Shown here piece after piece: positions 8,704-18,821 of a stretch of DNA of 32,000 nucleotides (its first letter is position 1; every line of letters starts with the position of its first letter). The translations under genes and the position numbers were made by a program. A model generated the notes under the pieces. It did not search any database. It saw nothing but the letters and a program-made list of their open reading frames with translations, and was not told the DNA's origin. Origin of the DNA: Prochlorococcus sp. MIT 0801 (lineage in GTDB: Bacteria > Cyanobacteriota > Cyanobacteriia > PCC-6307 > Cyanobiaceae); assembly GCF_000757865.1 (NCBI RefSeq), contig NZ_CP007754.1, positions 1,230,001 to 1,262,000 on the forward strand, in the 5' to 3' direction.

Positions 8704-9216
8704 CTACTCCGACCAACCCCTATAACTTCTCTCAAATACTTTCTCACAATTACCTACCATTAACGTACCTGCACCTCCCCAAACAAGTCTCAAAGGTAAA
8801 TCCAAGGGAGAAGATCCAACTTTACGTACAGTATTAAATCCACGCCTACGGAAATAACGTTGCAAGATTTCATGTTGATTATTTTCATCATAAATAGCCA
8901 ATAATCTTGCACTACTACAGGGAGTCTCCTCTAAAGCCCAGGCCATAGTTGAAGCCCATATTAAATCACCTACACTAGAGCTGGCGTTCTTGCCAACCTT
9001 CATCGTATCAAGCTGAAGTCCTTTAGTATTTTGATATGCCCATCCTTTCATTTCACCCAACAACTGAATTTTAGTATTACTGATTATTTCGCCAACAACC
9101 AGCTTAAACGACCAAATATTTAGAGGTCTCCGAACTTGTATTCGCAGCAACAATCCTCTTTCAGATGCTTCTTTTTCTAATAAAGTTAAATTAGGTTTAG
9201 TCATGAAGATGGCCAT
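8704..9216 (-). CDS. Conserved hypothetical protein, possibly GNAT-fold (weak)
   Basis: The ORF is 170 aa. The segment ARLLAIYDENNQHEILQRYFRRRGF resembles the acetyl-CoA-binding region of GNAT proteins, but no clean Q/RxxGxG/A motif is present. An alternative ATG at 9204 forms an ATGA overlap with the trhO stop (9201-9203), suggesting translational coupling. Confidence 0.55.
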   Translation of the reverse strand: MAIFMTKPNLTLLEKEASERGLLLRIQVRRPLNIWSFKLVVGEIISNTKIQLLGEMKGWAYQNTKGLQLDTMKVGKNASSSVGDLIWASTMAWALEETPCSSARLLAIYDENNQHEILQRYFRRRGFNTVRKVGSSPLDLPLRLVWGGAGTLMVGNCEKVFERSYRGWSE

Positions 9217-10160
9217 ATAGAATTTTCAGGTAGACGTTTCATTATTTCATCAATTTGACGTTGTCTTTCTGCAAATCTAGCTCTATCGCTATCTGTGAAT
9301 TTGTTAACACAAGCATCACATTGCAAGCCTTTAATATACGTCGGCTTTTTCAAGTCCTCCGGAGAGATGGGTAATCCACAAGCATGACACATCCGATGTG
9401 AACCAGGTAATAGCTCATGATCTAAAGAGACGCGTTGATCAAAAACAAAGCACTCTCCATTCCATAAACTATCCTCAGAGGAAACATCTTCTAGATATTT
9501 TAGTATTCCACCCTCAAGATGATGTACATCGGAAAAGCCTTCTTCTATCAAATAAGAGGTTGCTTTTTCGCATCTTATTCCACCCGTACAATACATTCCT
9601 ATTTTTAAAGAAGGATTCTCTTCGATTAAAGGTTTTAAATGCTTTTGCACCCATGCAGGAAATTCACGAAATGAGCTTGTCTGAGGATTTAGAGCTCCTG
9701 CAAAATTTCCAATTTTTATTTCATACTCATTACGAGTATCAATAACGACACTATCAGGATCTTCTAAAAACTGATTCCATTCACTAGCTTTTATATATTT
9801 ACCAACGGATTTAGTAGGATTAATTTGTCTAAGTCCAATCGTAACTATTTCTTTTTTCTTACGAGCTTTAAAGCGGCGAAAAGCCTGTTTTTCGCACCAA
9901 CTATATTTGACATTAATTTCCGATACCTTTAAAAGTTTCACTAATGTTTCAATGAATTCAACTATCGCATTTTCAGTTCCACAAATCGTACCGTTAACAC
10001 CTTCAGAAGCTAATAAAATTGTGCCTTTTATTTTTTGATTCGTTGCTAAATTCGTTAATTCTTCTTTAATTAAAAGAATTTCTTGATCAATAATCGATAT
10101 AAAATTGTAAAACGCAGCAACTTTATATTTAAATTTCTTTAGGCTATCGTCTTTTTTCAT
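9201..10160 (-). CDS. trhO: Rhodanese-domain protein of the TrhO/YceA (UPF0176) family, tRNA U34 hydroxylase-like
   Basis: The N-terminal region (KVAAFYNF...) resembles the UPF0176/YceA family. The rhodanese active-site loop is MYCTGGIRCEK, and the C-terminus has a Cys cluster (CHACGLP...CDAC). The start lies 6 nt downstream of the bioB stop. Confidence 0.8.
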   Translation of the reverse strand: MKKDDSLKKFKYKVAAFYNFISIIDQEILLIKEELTNLATNQKIKGTILLASEGVNGTICGTENAIVEFIETLVKLLKVSEINVKYSWCEKQAFRRFKARKKKEIVTIGLRQINPTKSVGKYIKASEWNQFLEDPDSVVIDTRNEYEIKIGNFAGALNPQTSSFREFPAWVQKHLKPLIEENPSLKIGMYCTGGIRCEKATSYLIEEGFSDVHHLEGGILKYLEDVSSEDSLWNGECFVFDQRVSLDHELLPGSHRMCHACGLPISPEDLKKPTYIKGLQCDACVNKFTDSDRARFAERQRQIDEIMKRLPENSIWPSS

Positions 10161-10166
10161 ACCTAC

Positions 10167-11210
10167 TTATTCTTGAGAGAAATTAGCCGTAATTCCAGCA
10201 TCTTCAAGAAGTTTACGATCTGCTTCCACCTCCGGATTGCTTGTAGTCAAGAGGGTATCTCCATAGAATATAGAATCAGCTCCAGATTGTAGACATAGAA
10301 TCTGAGCTTCCCTACCTAATTGTTGTCTTCCTGCACTAAGTCTTATTCTGCTTTTAGGCATCACAATCCTTGCTGTCGCGACCATACGAACCATCTCTAA
10401 TGGATCAATAGAAGACAAATCCTCCATGGGTGTCCCCTCAACTGCAACCAACGCATTAATAGGTACACTTTCAGGATGCGGGTCTAAAGTTGCTAAAACT
10501 TTAAGTAAAGATGCTCTATCGGAAACAGATTCTCCCATGCCAATAATCCCACCACAGCACACTGTAATCCCAGCCATGCGTACTCTTCTCAATGTTTCAA
10601 GTCGATCTTGATATGTTCTTGTTGAAATGATTTTGGAATAATGCTCAGGACTAGTATCTAAATTGTGGTTATAGGCTGTTAAACCTGCTTCCGCCAATCT
10701 AGAGGCTTGAGAATCAGTAATCATTCCAGCGGTGACACATGCCTCAAGGCCAAGCTCTCTAACACCTCTTACCATTTCAAGCATTGAATCAAATGCGTTT
10801 CCGTCTTTGATCTCACGCCAAGCCCAACCCATGCAAAATCTATCTGCTCCTGCATCTTTTGCCGCTCTTGCTCTATCAAGAACTGACTCAACTTCAATTA
10901 CAGGATTAGGTTGAACCGTTGTTTCATTGTGAACAGATTGGGGACAATATGCACAGTCTTCTGAGCATCCGCCTGTCTTCACACTTAGAAGAGAAGCAAG
11001 CTGAACTTTATAACCGGGATTGAAAGACCTATGAACTATTTGAGCTCTCCACAACAAATCCATTAACGGCAAACCAAGTATTTCTTTGATTTCCTCTAAA
11101 GACCAATTATGTCTAATATCTCCACCCTTTATGAAATTAAAATCTAAATATGATTCGTCTTTGAAATTGAGTTTATTAGATTCCTGAATATTAGGATTAA
11201 TTAGAGTCAT
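10167..11210 (-). CDS. bioB: Biotin synthase (radical SAM)
   Basis: The radical-SAM motif is [11 protein letters not shown], with BioB-like downstream regions ([22 protein letters not shown]). The length is 347 aa. Confidence 0.92.
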   Translation of the reverse strand: MTLINPNIQESNKLNFKDESYLDFNFIKGGDIRHNWSLEEIKEILGLPLMDLLWRAQIVHRSFNPGYKVQLASLLSVKTGGCSEDCAYCPQSVHNETTVQPNPVIEVESVLDRARAAKDAGADRFCMGWAWREIKDGNAFDSMLEMVRGVRELGLEACVTAGMITDSQASRLAEAGLTAYNHNLDTSPEHYSKIISTRTYQDRLETLRRVRMAGITVCCGGIIGMGESVSDRASLLKVLATLDPHPESVPINALVAVEGTPMEDLSSIDPLEMVRMVATARIVMPKSRIRLSAGRQQLGREAQILCLQSGADSIFYGDTLLTTSNPEVEADRKLLEDAGITANFSQE

Positions 11211-11304
11211 AAAAGATTTTGTATCTGAAAAAATTTAATTGCTATTTAGTTTTAGCCGATAATCTATAAAAAATCATATAACTCAAGATATTCAATTAAT
11301 TTAG

Positions 11305-12075
11305 TTATACACCACCAAATCTCCTTCTTCTAGATTGATAGTCAAGTAATGCCTTGGTAAGAGTATCGGCGTTAAAATCTGGCCATAATACGTCTGTGAT
11401 ATGGATTTCAGCATAAGCTAATTGCCACAAAAGAAAATTACTTATCCTTTTTTCTCCACTAGTTCTAATAAGTAAGTCTGGATCAACCTCACTAGCTGTA
11501 AACAACTCAGAAGCAAATACATTTTCATCTATCAATGAAGGATCTAATTCGCCTTTTACCGAACGTTCTGCCAACTTTTGAGCAGCTCGTACTAATTCCC
11601 GTCTTCCCCCATAATTTGTACAAACATTAAAATGAATACCTTTACTATTAGAAGTTGATTCAACCGACTCTTTAATTAAGTCCTTTAAGCCAATAGGCAA
11701 TGGGTCAAGATCACCCAAGAAATTTATTTTTACTTCTTCGAGTTTTAAATTAGTCAATTCCCGCTTAAGAACACTTTCAAAAAGTGTCATTAAAAAATTT
11801 ACTTCTTCACTAGGTCTGGACCAATTTTCAGTTGAGAACGCATAAACTGTTAATGCGCCTATTCCCCAATTACTACATAGATGCAAAGTAGTTTTTAAAG
11901 CCTCAACCCCAGCGGTATGTCCAATCGTCCTTGGTAAACCCTTTTCTTTTGCCCACCTACCATTTCCATCCATAATTACCGCAATATGATCAGGCATACG
12001 AAGACGGTCCAAATCTTTAGGTAATGGCGATACCTTTCTAGAATTATCGGTGCTTATTACAGAAGGGTAAGTCAA
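11305..12075 (-). CDS. uppS: Di-trans,poly-cis-undecaprenyl-diphosphate synthase
   Basis: Characteristic motifs are present: [24 protein letters not shown] and [20 protein letters not shown]. The TTG start at 12075-12073 overlaps the cdaA TGA stop (TTGA). Confidence 0.9.
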   Translation of the reverse strand: MTYPSVISTDNSRKVSPLPKDLDRLRMPDHIAVIMDGNGRWAKEKGLPRTIGHTAGVEALKTTLHLCSNWGIGALTVYAFSTENWSRPSEEVNFLMTLFESVLKRELTNLKLEEVKINFLGDLDPLPIGLKDLIKESVESTSNSKGIHFNVCTNYGGRRELVRAAQKLAERSVKGELDPSLIDENVFASELFTASEVDPDLLIRTSGEKRISNFLLWQLAYAEIHITDVLWPDFNADTLTKALLDYQSRRRRFGGV

Positions 12076-12974
12076 TTCAAAGACTCCTTGCTGTCATTAT
12101 TTTTCACAAGATTAACTCTGGATTGAGCAACTTTAGTTTCAATATTAGAGGAAGTTGTTTTCAATGAAGAATTAATGCTGTTGGACTTAGATCCAGATGC
12201 ATTTGCAGGATCCAACAATTCCTTCAAAAGGTCAAGTAATCGACTGCTTGTAATAGGTCTTTCAAGTCGTCCTTGATTGGCTAAGGATAAAGTACCTGAT
12301 TCTTCTGAAACTACAACACAAATACATCGATCAAATCGTTCAGTTATCCCAAGAGCTGCCAGATGCCTGGTTCCGTATCTACTAATTCCTTGCCTTGAGA
12401 GGGGCAAAATTACCCCTGCTGAAATAATTCTATTTCCCTTCACTAAAACGGCCCCATCATGCAAAGGGGTGTCACCCGCAAAAAGATTTAATAGCAATTC
12501 AGACGATAAATGAGCATCAATCGGTACTCCAGAGAAAAGGAAATCTTCTGGGCGCAAGTCACTTCCCATATCAACAACAATTAATGCTCCCTTTCTATTC
12601 TGCGATAAACGACCTGCGGCTTCAGTTAATTGAGCGAAAGTATTAGAACTTGCCCGAAATTCTTTTTGAGTATTTCCAAGAATCACAGCTAATCGTCCAG
12701 TACCTAATAATTCCATTAATCTCCTTAATTCTCCTTGCCATAAAATTGCTAAAGATAATGAGCAAGCTAAAACCAAGGCATCAACAAGCTTTGAAGTGAT
12801 TGGTAAATTTGCAAACCTCTGAACGAACCACGCTAATGAAACTAAAAAGAGGTAACCTCTCAAAAGCCATAATGTCCGTTGCTCTTTAACTCTTGTAAAA
12901 AGAAGCACTCCAAGAGATGAAGCAAACAAGACATCAAGGAAAACACGAAAGTTTATAATCCACCAGAAATTCAC
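12072..12974 (-). CDS. cdaA: Membrane-anchored diadenylate cyclase (c-di-AMP synthase), CdaA type
   Basis: A hydrophobic N-terminus (about three TM segments) is followed by a DAC/DisA_N domain with [22 protein letters not shown] and [12 protein letters not shown]. The start is a GTG at 12974, and no nearby in-frame ATG exists. Confidence 0.88.
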   Translation of the reverse strand: MNFWWIINFRVFLDVLFASSLGVLLFTRVKEQRTLWLLRGYLFLVSLAWFVQRFANLPITSKLVDALVLACSLSLAILWQGELRRLMELLGTGRLAVILGNTQKEFRASSNTFAQLTEAAGRLSQNRKGALIVVDMGSDLRPEDFLFSGVPIDAHLSSELLLNLFAGDTPLHDGAVLVKGNRIISAGVILPLSRQGISRYGTRHLAALGITERFDRCICVVVSEESGTLSLANQGRLERPITSSRLLDLLKELLDPANASGSKSNSINSSLKTTSSNIETKVAQSRVNLVKNNDSKESLN

Positions 12975-13003
12975 TCCTGCACCCCGATGTTACTTAAACT
13001 TAC

Positions 13004-14380
13004 CTAATTCTTGGGAATAAAGCGATCAGGTAATACATCTAATTGCAATAGATCTTCAGGGAGTTCTCTTCTTTGAGTCAACTCGGCCGAACCTTTCCCA
13101 ACCATAATTGTCGCAGGTCTAGGTATTCTGTTGTAGTTGGAACTCATTGAATAGTTGTATGCACCTGTTCCAAACACAGCAAGAAAATCACCACTCTCAC
13201 AAGACGGAAGAAGAAAATCTTTCAATAAAACATCTCCGGACTCACAATGCTTACCAGCGATAGTAACTTTCTCAAAATTTGTATTTAATGGTTTATCTAC
13301 TAAACAGGCACTATATAAAGACTGATAAGTTATTGGGCGAGGATTATCACTCATACCTCCATCAACAGATAAATAAGTTCTAACACCAGGAACAACTTTT
13401 TTAGATCCTATCTGGTAAATAGTGAGCCCCGAATTAGCGACAAGAGATCTTCCAGGTTCACACATCAATCTTGGCAAATCTAAATTTCTATCGTTGCAGG
13501 CCTTAACAACAGCACCAGCAATCACCTCAACCCATTTTTCAATAGAGGGGGGATTATCTTCTTGAACATATTTAATCCCTAAACCACCACCTATATTTAG
13601 ATCAATTATTGAGTGACCAATTTCCTGTGCAAGTTTTAAAGCATCAGCCATAACACCAGCAAGATCAATATGTGGTTGAACCTCAAAAATTTGAGATCCT
13701 ATATGAGCATGTAAACCAGTTAAATTTGCCCAGTTATATGTTTTTAATTCTAGTAAAACAGACTTAAGCTCATCGGGGTCAAAACCAAATTTGCTATCTA
13801 AATGTCCAGTCCTAATATATTCATGAGTATGACATTCAATGCCAGGAGTAAACCTCAACATTAACTTTGCTGGTTTTTTCTCAGAGGCAATATTTTTTAG
13901 CAACTCAATATCGTGATAATTATCTAAAACAATCGTTACGTTATTTTTGTAGGCAAAATTCAATTCATCTTGAGATTTGTTATTTCCATGGAAAACGATA
14001 TCTTTCCCTTTTACTCCACCCTTTAAGGCAGTAAGCAATTCACCTTCTGAGACGGCGTCAAGTCCAAATCCTTCAGAAGCAATAACCGCACAAATAGCCA
14101 TTGAGCTATTTGCTTTTGAAGCATATAAAGGAAGTGAGTCTCCTGGGTAATGTTTTTTTAAAGAAGAAATATAAGTTTTGCATGCACGCCTAAGGGTCAA
14201 CTCATCAAAAACATAAAGAGGTGTGCCATATTTTTTCGCGAGTTCACTAAGTTGACATCCCCCAACAACTAATTTTTTGTTCTCATTAATTTCAGAAGAG
14301 ATCGGTGCTATATTTCGATTTGGACTATCTATATCCTTATTGGGTTCAAAAGCATCTGATCCTTCCATAGAAATTTTCAC
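13004..14380 (-). CDS. lysA: Diaminopimelate decarboxylase
   Basis: This is a fold-III PLP decarboxylase with YASKANS (PLP Lys), GGGLGI, EPGRSLVA and CESGD. The listed start is a GTG at 14380, with an alternative ATG at 14368. Confidence 0.9.
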   Translation of the reverse strand: MKISMEGSDAFEPNKDIDSPNRNIAPISSEINENKKLVVGGCQLSELAKKYGTPLYVFDELTLRRACKTYISSLKKHYPGDSLPLYASKANSSMAICAVIASEGFGLDAVSEGELLTALKGGVKGKDIVFHGNNKSQDELNFAYKNNVTIVLDNYHDIELLKNIASEKKPAKLMLRFTPGIECHTHEYIRTGHLDSKFGFDPDELKSVLLELKTYNWANLTGLHAHIGSQIFEVQPHIDLAGVMADALKLAQEIGHSIIDLNIGGGLGIKYVQEDNPPSIEKWVEVIAGAVVKACNDRNLDLPRLMCEPGRSLVANSGLTIYQIGSKKVVPGVRTYLSVDGGMSDNPRPITYQSLYSACLVDKPLNTNFEKVTIAGKHCESGDVLLKDFLLPSCESGDFLAVFGTGAYNYSMSSNYNRIPRPATIMVGKGSAELTQRRELPEDLLQLDVLPDRFIPKN

Positions 14381-14426
14381 TTTAATATTTAGCTAATCTA
14401 GAGATCAATCAACAAATTAGTATTAT

Positions 14427-14438
14427 AAAAAAAAAAAA
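14427..14438. repeat. A12 homopolymer in the lysA/rimI divergent spacer
   Basis: Counted directly in the sequence: tattat-aaaaaaaaaaaa-gatt. Confidence 0.9.
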
Positions 14439-14459
14439 GATTAATTAATTTAGTAATAC

Positions 14460-14921
14460 TTGGATATGAATCTCACAATAATTCAACTTGGGATAATGCA
14501 TTTGAATGATTGCATGGATCTAGACCAAAAATCATTAAATGGTATTTGGACAAAATCTCAATGGGAACTAGAACTTACTGACCCTAAAAGGATTTGTCTA
14601 GGAGTAATAGAGTTCGAAACTAAAAAACTTTTAGGTTTATGTTCTGCTTGGTTAGTAATAGACGAATTACAAATAACTTTTATAGCTGTCGATCCCAGGA
14701 AGCAAAGAAAGGGACTAGGAAAATTTCTCTTGTCAAACTTAATCAAACGTTCAAAATCACTTCAAACAAATCATATACATTTAGAAGTTAAAGACAATAA
14801 CGAGCCAGCTAAAGCTTTTTACAAATACATGGGCTTCAAAATGGTCGGTAATAGATCTAATTTTTATAAAGATGGAAGAGATGCTCTTATTTTGAAAAAA
14901 GAAACCAATATCAAATCATAA
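14460..14921 (+). CDS. rimI: GNAT N-acetyltransferase, RimI-like (ribosomal-protein-alanine acetyltransferase)
   Basis: GNAT motif A is IAVDPRKQRKGLGKFLL, followed by the AKAFYKYMGF helix. The size is about 150 aa. The start is either TTG 14460 or ATG 14466. Confidence 0.7.
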   Translation: MDMNLTIIQLGIMHLNDCMDLDQKSLNGIWTKSQWELELTDPKRICLGVIEFETKKLLGLCSAWLVIDELQITFIAVDPRKQRKGLGKFLLSNLIKRSKSLQTNHIHLEVKDNNEPAKAFYKYMGFKMVGNRSNFYKDGRDALILKKETNIKS

Positions 14922-15109
14922 AATCAATGCTTAAGTACGGTTTACCGAAATACAAAAACAAATAAAAAGGGATTTCTTTGCATCAATTAATACTTTTAAT
15001 TATTTTTCAACGAACACTTAATATTTACCCTTTATAAAAAAAAACTTAACCGTACACATTTCACACTTAACCCTGATAAATTGGATTAAATAGTAAAGGT
15101 AAAAGCTAA

Positions 15110-17677
15110 ATGTTTGAGAGGTTTACAGAAAAGGCTATAAAAGTTATTATGCTTGCCCAAGAAGAAGCAAGACGCCTTGGGCATAATTTTGTCGGAACAG
15201 AACAAATCCTTCTCGGGTTGATAGGTGAAGGTACTGGTGTAGCAGCTAAAGTTCTCAAATCAATGGGGGTCAACCTAAAAGATTCAAGGGTAGAAGTTGA
15301 AAAGATAATAGGAAGAGGCTCAGGATTTGTTGCAGTAGAAATTCCCTTCACACCAAGAGCAAAAAGAGTACTTGAACTTTCATTAGAAGAAGCTCGTCAA
15401 CTAGGGCATAACTATATAGGTACCGAACATCTATTACTTGGTCTCATAAGAGAAGGAGAAGGAGTAGCTGCAAGAGTTCTTGAAAATCTTGGTGTTGATT
15501 TAACAAAAGTCAGGACTCAAGTTGTCAGAATGCTTGGTGAAACCGCAGAAGTTACGACAGGATCAGGCTCGTCAAAAGGATCAACGAAAACGGTAACACT
15601 TGACGAATTTGGAACAAACCTTACTCAGCTAGCTAGTGAATCAAAGCTTGACCCAGTAGTGGGAAGACATTCAGAGATTGATCGTGTAATTCAAATACTT
15701 GGAAGAAGAACCAAAAATAATCCTGTTTTAATAGGAGAACCAGGAGTAGGTAAAACAGCTATAGCTGAAGGACTTGCACAGAGAATTCAACAAGGAAATA
15801 TTCCTGACATTCTTGAAGAAAAAAGAGTATTGACCCTTGATATTGGTCTACTTGTAGCGGGTACAAAATATAGAGGCGAATTTGAAGAAAGATTAAAGAA
15901 AATAATGGAAGAAATTAAATCGGCTGGCAACGTAATTCTTGTTATTGATGAAGTTCATACATTGATAGGAGCAGGTGCTGCTGAAGGAGCAATTGACGCT
16001 GCAAACATATTAAAACCTGCTCTAGCGAGGGGAGAACTTCAATGTATTGGAGCTACAACTCTTGATGAGTATCGAAAGCATATTGAAAGAGATGCTGCAT
16101 TAGAGCGAAGATTCCAACCTGTAATGATTGGAGAACCTTCAATTAAAGACACAATCGAAATACTTAAAGGTTTAAGAGAGAGATATGAGCAACATCACAG
16201 ACTGAAGATTACGGATGAAGCTCTCGATGCTGCTGCTAATCTTGGTGATAGGTATATTTCTGATCGTTTTTTACCTGATAAAGCTATAGACCTCATAGAC
16301 GAAGCAGGAAGCCGAGTCAGATTACTCAACTCCAAATTGCCTCCTGAAGCTAAAGAAGTTGATAAAGAATTAAGAAAAATACAAAAAAGTAAAGAAGAAG
16401 CAGTCAGAGATCAAAATTTCACCCAAGCAGGAGAGCTAAGAGAAAAAGAAGTTGAACTTAGAGATAAAATAAGAAATCTATTGCAGAATATAAGACAAAA
16501 ACCCTCATCAAATGAGAATCCCGATACTAATAATATTCCACAGGATAATAATGATGCATCCGAGCAAACTATTACTCAGTCTGAAGACTTAAAGGTTTCT
16601 CAACCAGTAGTTAATGAAGAAGACATTGCTCATATTGTTGCTTCATGGACTGGTGTTCCTGTTCAGAAATTAACTGAGAGTGAATCAGTCAAACTTCTAA
16701 ATATGGAAGAAACATTACATCAAAGACTGATAGGTCAGGACGAAGCTGTAAAAGCTGTTTCAAAAGCAATCAGGAGAGCAAGAGTGGGCCTCAAGAACCC
16801 AAACAGACCTATTGCCAGCTTCATTTTTTCTGGTCCAACGGGAGTGGGGAAAACTGAATTAACAAAGGCTTTAGCAGCGTATTTCTTTGGTAGTGAAGAA
16901 GCAATGATACGTCTAGATATGTCTGAATTCATGGAAAGACATACTGTTAGTAAATTAATAGGATCTCCTCCTGGTTACGTAGGTTTTAATGAAGGTGGAC
17001 AATTAACAGAAGCTGTAAGAAGAAGACCTTATACAGTAGTTTTGTTCGATGAGATAGAAAAAGCTCATCCAGATGTGTTCAATCTTCTTCTTCAATTACT
17101 GGAGGAGGGGAGATTAACAGATTCAAAAGGAAGAACTGTTGATTTCAAAAATACTTTAATAATAATGACTTCTAATATTGGATCTAAAGTTATAGAGAAA
17201 GGTGGCGGCGGATTGGGATTTGAATTTTCTGGTGAAAACTTAGAAGATTCTCAATATAATCGAATTAAATCACTGGTAAATGAAGAATTAAAGCAATATT
17301 TCCGCCCTGAATTCCTCAATAGATTAGATGAAATAATTGTATTCAGACAGCTTTCCAGAGACGAAGTTAAAGACATCGCAGAAATAATGTTGAAAGAGGT
17401 ATTCTTAAGGATAAAAGAGAAAGGTATATCTTTAACTGTTTCAGAGGATTTCAAAGAAAGATTAGTTGAAGAAGGATACAATCCTTCTTATGGTGCAAGA
17501 CCTTTAAGAAGAGCAGTGATGAGGCTATTGGAAGATAGCCTTGCTGAAGAAGTGTTATCTGGGAGGATAAAAGACGGAGACAAAGCTGAGGTAGATATAG
17601 ATGAAAGTAAAAAAGTAATTGTTAAGCATCTTGGGAAAAATGGTTCTAAACCAGAATTAGCAAGCGCCGCTGTTTAA
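15110..17677 (+). CDS. clpC: ATP-dependent Clp protease ATP-binding subunit ClpC
   Basis: The N-terminus [38 protein letters not shown] belongs to a duplicated Clp_N repeat. Two AAA+ modules carry Walker A motifs [13 protein letters not shown] and [13 protein letters not shown], and a UVR-like segment ([18 protein letters not shown]) lies between them. Confidence 0.95.
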   Translation: MFERFTEKAIKVIMLAQEEARRLGHNFVGTEQILLGLIGEGTGVAAKVLKSMGVNLKDSRVEVEKIIGRGSGFVAVEIPFTPRAKRVLELSLEEARQLGHNYIGTEHLLLGLIREGEGVAARVLENLGVDLTKVRTQVVRMLGETAEVTTGSGSSKGSTKTVTLDEFGTNLTQLASESKLDPVVGRHSEIDRVIQILGRRTKNNPVLIGEPGVGKTAIAEGLAQRIQQGNIPDILEEKRVLTLDIGLLVAGTKYRGEFEERLKKIMEEIKSAGNVILVIDEVHTLIGAGAAEGAIDAANILKPALARGELQCIGATTLDEYRKHIERDAALERRFQPVMIGEPSIKDTIEILKGLRERYEQHHRLKITDEALDAAANLGDRYISDRFLPDKAIDLIDEAGSRVRLLNSKLPPEAKEVDKELRKIQKSKEEAVRDQNFTQAGELREKEVELRDKIRNLLQNIRQKPSSNENPDTNNIPQDNNDASEQTITQSEDLKVSQPVVNEEDIAHIVASWTGVPVQKLTESESVKLLNMEETLHQRLIGQDEAVKAVSKAIRRARVGLKNPNRPIASFIFSGPTGVGKTELTKALAAYFFGSEEAMIRLDMSEFMERHTVSKLIGSPPGYVGFNEGGQLTEAVRRRPYTVVLFDEIEKAHPDVFNLLLQLLEEGRLTDSKGRTVDFKNTLIIMTSNIGSKVIEKGGGGLGFEFSGENLEDSQYNRIKSLVNEELKQYFRPEFLNRLDEIIVFRQLSRDEVKDIAEIMLKEVFLRIKEKGISLTVSEDFKERLVEEGYNPSYGARPLRRAVMRLLEDSLAEEVLSGRIKDGDKAEVDIDESKKVIVKHLGKNGSKPELASAAV

Positions 17678-17697
17678 CTTTTAAACAGAAAATTAAT

Positions 17698-18801
17698 ATG
17701 TTAACAACTAAGCACAGCATTTCACCTTCAAATGTCATTAGAGGGGAGGGTGCATGGCTTAAATCATTAGATCTAATAGCTAAATTATGCAAAAAGCCTT
17801 TAATAATTGGCAGAAGTAGCTCTACCAAAAAAATAAGAACCTCATTCAAAAATGATCTTCTATTAAAAGGCCTTCAATCAATCTCTATCGATCTAGAGTA
17901 TGATTGCTGTGAAATAGATATCCAAAATGCATATCTAATTTCAAAAAACAATCACTGTGATGGGATTATTGCTGCAGGAGGTGGGAAAGTACTTGATGCA
18001 GGGAAACTAATAGCCGATTTACTTGGCATTAATTGCATAACTGTTCCATTAAGTGCATCCACATGTGCTGGATGGACTGCTTTATCTAATATTTATACTC
18101 CCGATGGAAAGTTCGTAAAAGATGTAACTTTAAAAAGCTGCCCAAACTTATTGATCTTTGATCATAAAATTGTTAGAGCCGCCCCACCAAGAACACTTGC
18201 CAGCGGGATGGCAGATGCTGTCGCGAAATGGTACGAGTCATCCCTAACAAGTAGTTCAAGTCAAGATGGTTTTGTTCAGCAAGCAGTTCAGATGGCTAGG
18301 GTTTTACGCGATCAATTATTTTTAAACGGTCACAAAGCTTTCTTAGATCCATTAAGCAATTCTTGGGAAACTGTTGCAGAAGGATGTGCTTTAACTGCTG
18401 GGATAATAGGAGGGCTTGGTGGCTCTAGATGCAGAACAGCAGCAGCGCATCCTATACACAATGGATTAACGCAACTTACATACACAAACAAACCACTTCA
18501 TGGAGAACTTGTTGGATTTGGCTTGCTCGTACAATTACATCTAGAAGAAAAAAATTCAAACAGCCAATTACCAAAACAAGCTAAGACACAACTTTTAGAT
18601 TTCTTCTCGCAACTAAATCTTCCTATTTCAATTGAGTCTATTTGTTTTAGAAATATTACCTCGAATGATTTATATAAAGCATGTGAATTTACCTGTAATG
18701 ATGACTCTGATATTCATAAATTACCTTTCCCAGTAAATGAAAAAGACCTTTTAGGGGCTATTCAAAGTTTAAAATCCATGCCAACAGGCTCCAAAATATA
18801 A
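17698..18801 (+). CDS. Iron-containing alcohol dehydrogenase superfamily, glycerol dehydrogenase (GldA)-like
   Basis: The NAD-binding motif is AAGGGKVLDAGK. Metal-ligand regions resemble GldA (DAVAKW, HPIHNGLTQL, LHGELVGFGLL). The start lies 20 nt after the clpC stop. Confidence 0.7.
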   Translation: MLTTKHSISPSNVIRGEGAWLKSLDLIAKLCKKPLIIGRSSSTKKIRTSFKNDLLLKGLQSISIDLEYDCCEIDIQNAYLISKNNHCDGIIAAGGGKVLDAGKLIADLLGINCITVPLSASTCAGWTALSNIYTPDGKFVKDVTLKSCPNLLIFDHKIVRAAPPRTLASGMADAVAKWYESSLTSSSSQDGFVQQAVQMARVLRDQLFLNGHKAFLDPLSNSWETVAEGCALTAGIIGGLGGSRCRTAAAHPIHNGLTQLTYTNKPLHGELVGFGLLVQLHLEEKNSNSQLPKQAKTQLLDFFSQLNLPISIESICFRNITSNDLYKACEFTCNDDSDIHKLPFPVNEKDLLGAIQSLKSMPTGSKI

Positions 18802-18821
18802 ATAAATAATACTTAAGAGCT

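Noticed and set aside
9398-9745. A 115-aa plus-strand ORF lies inside trhO.
   Set aside because: It lies entirely antisense to a gene with clear rhodanese/UPF0176 motifs. Its translation has no motifs and odd composition, so it is most simply a shadow ORF.
14930-15055. An 8-bp inverted repeat GTACGGTT / AACCGTAC about 105 nt apart flanks the rimI-clpC spacer, and the segment is also vaguely LexA-box-like or NtcA-like.
   Set aside because: An 8-mer match in about 190 nt of spacer is within chance expectation given all possible pairs. The sequence fits neither RGTACNNNDGTWCB nor GTA-N8-TAC when aligned.
15170-15460. A similar sequence occurs twice near the clpC 5' end ([15 protein letters not shown] and [15 protein letters not shown]).
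   Set aside because: This is the well-known duplicated Clp_N repeat of the ClpC N-domain. It is protein-level duplication and not a mobile or regulatory DNA repeat.
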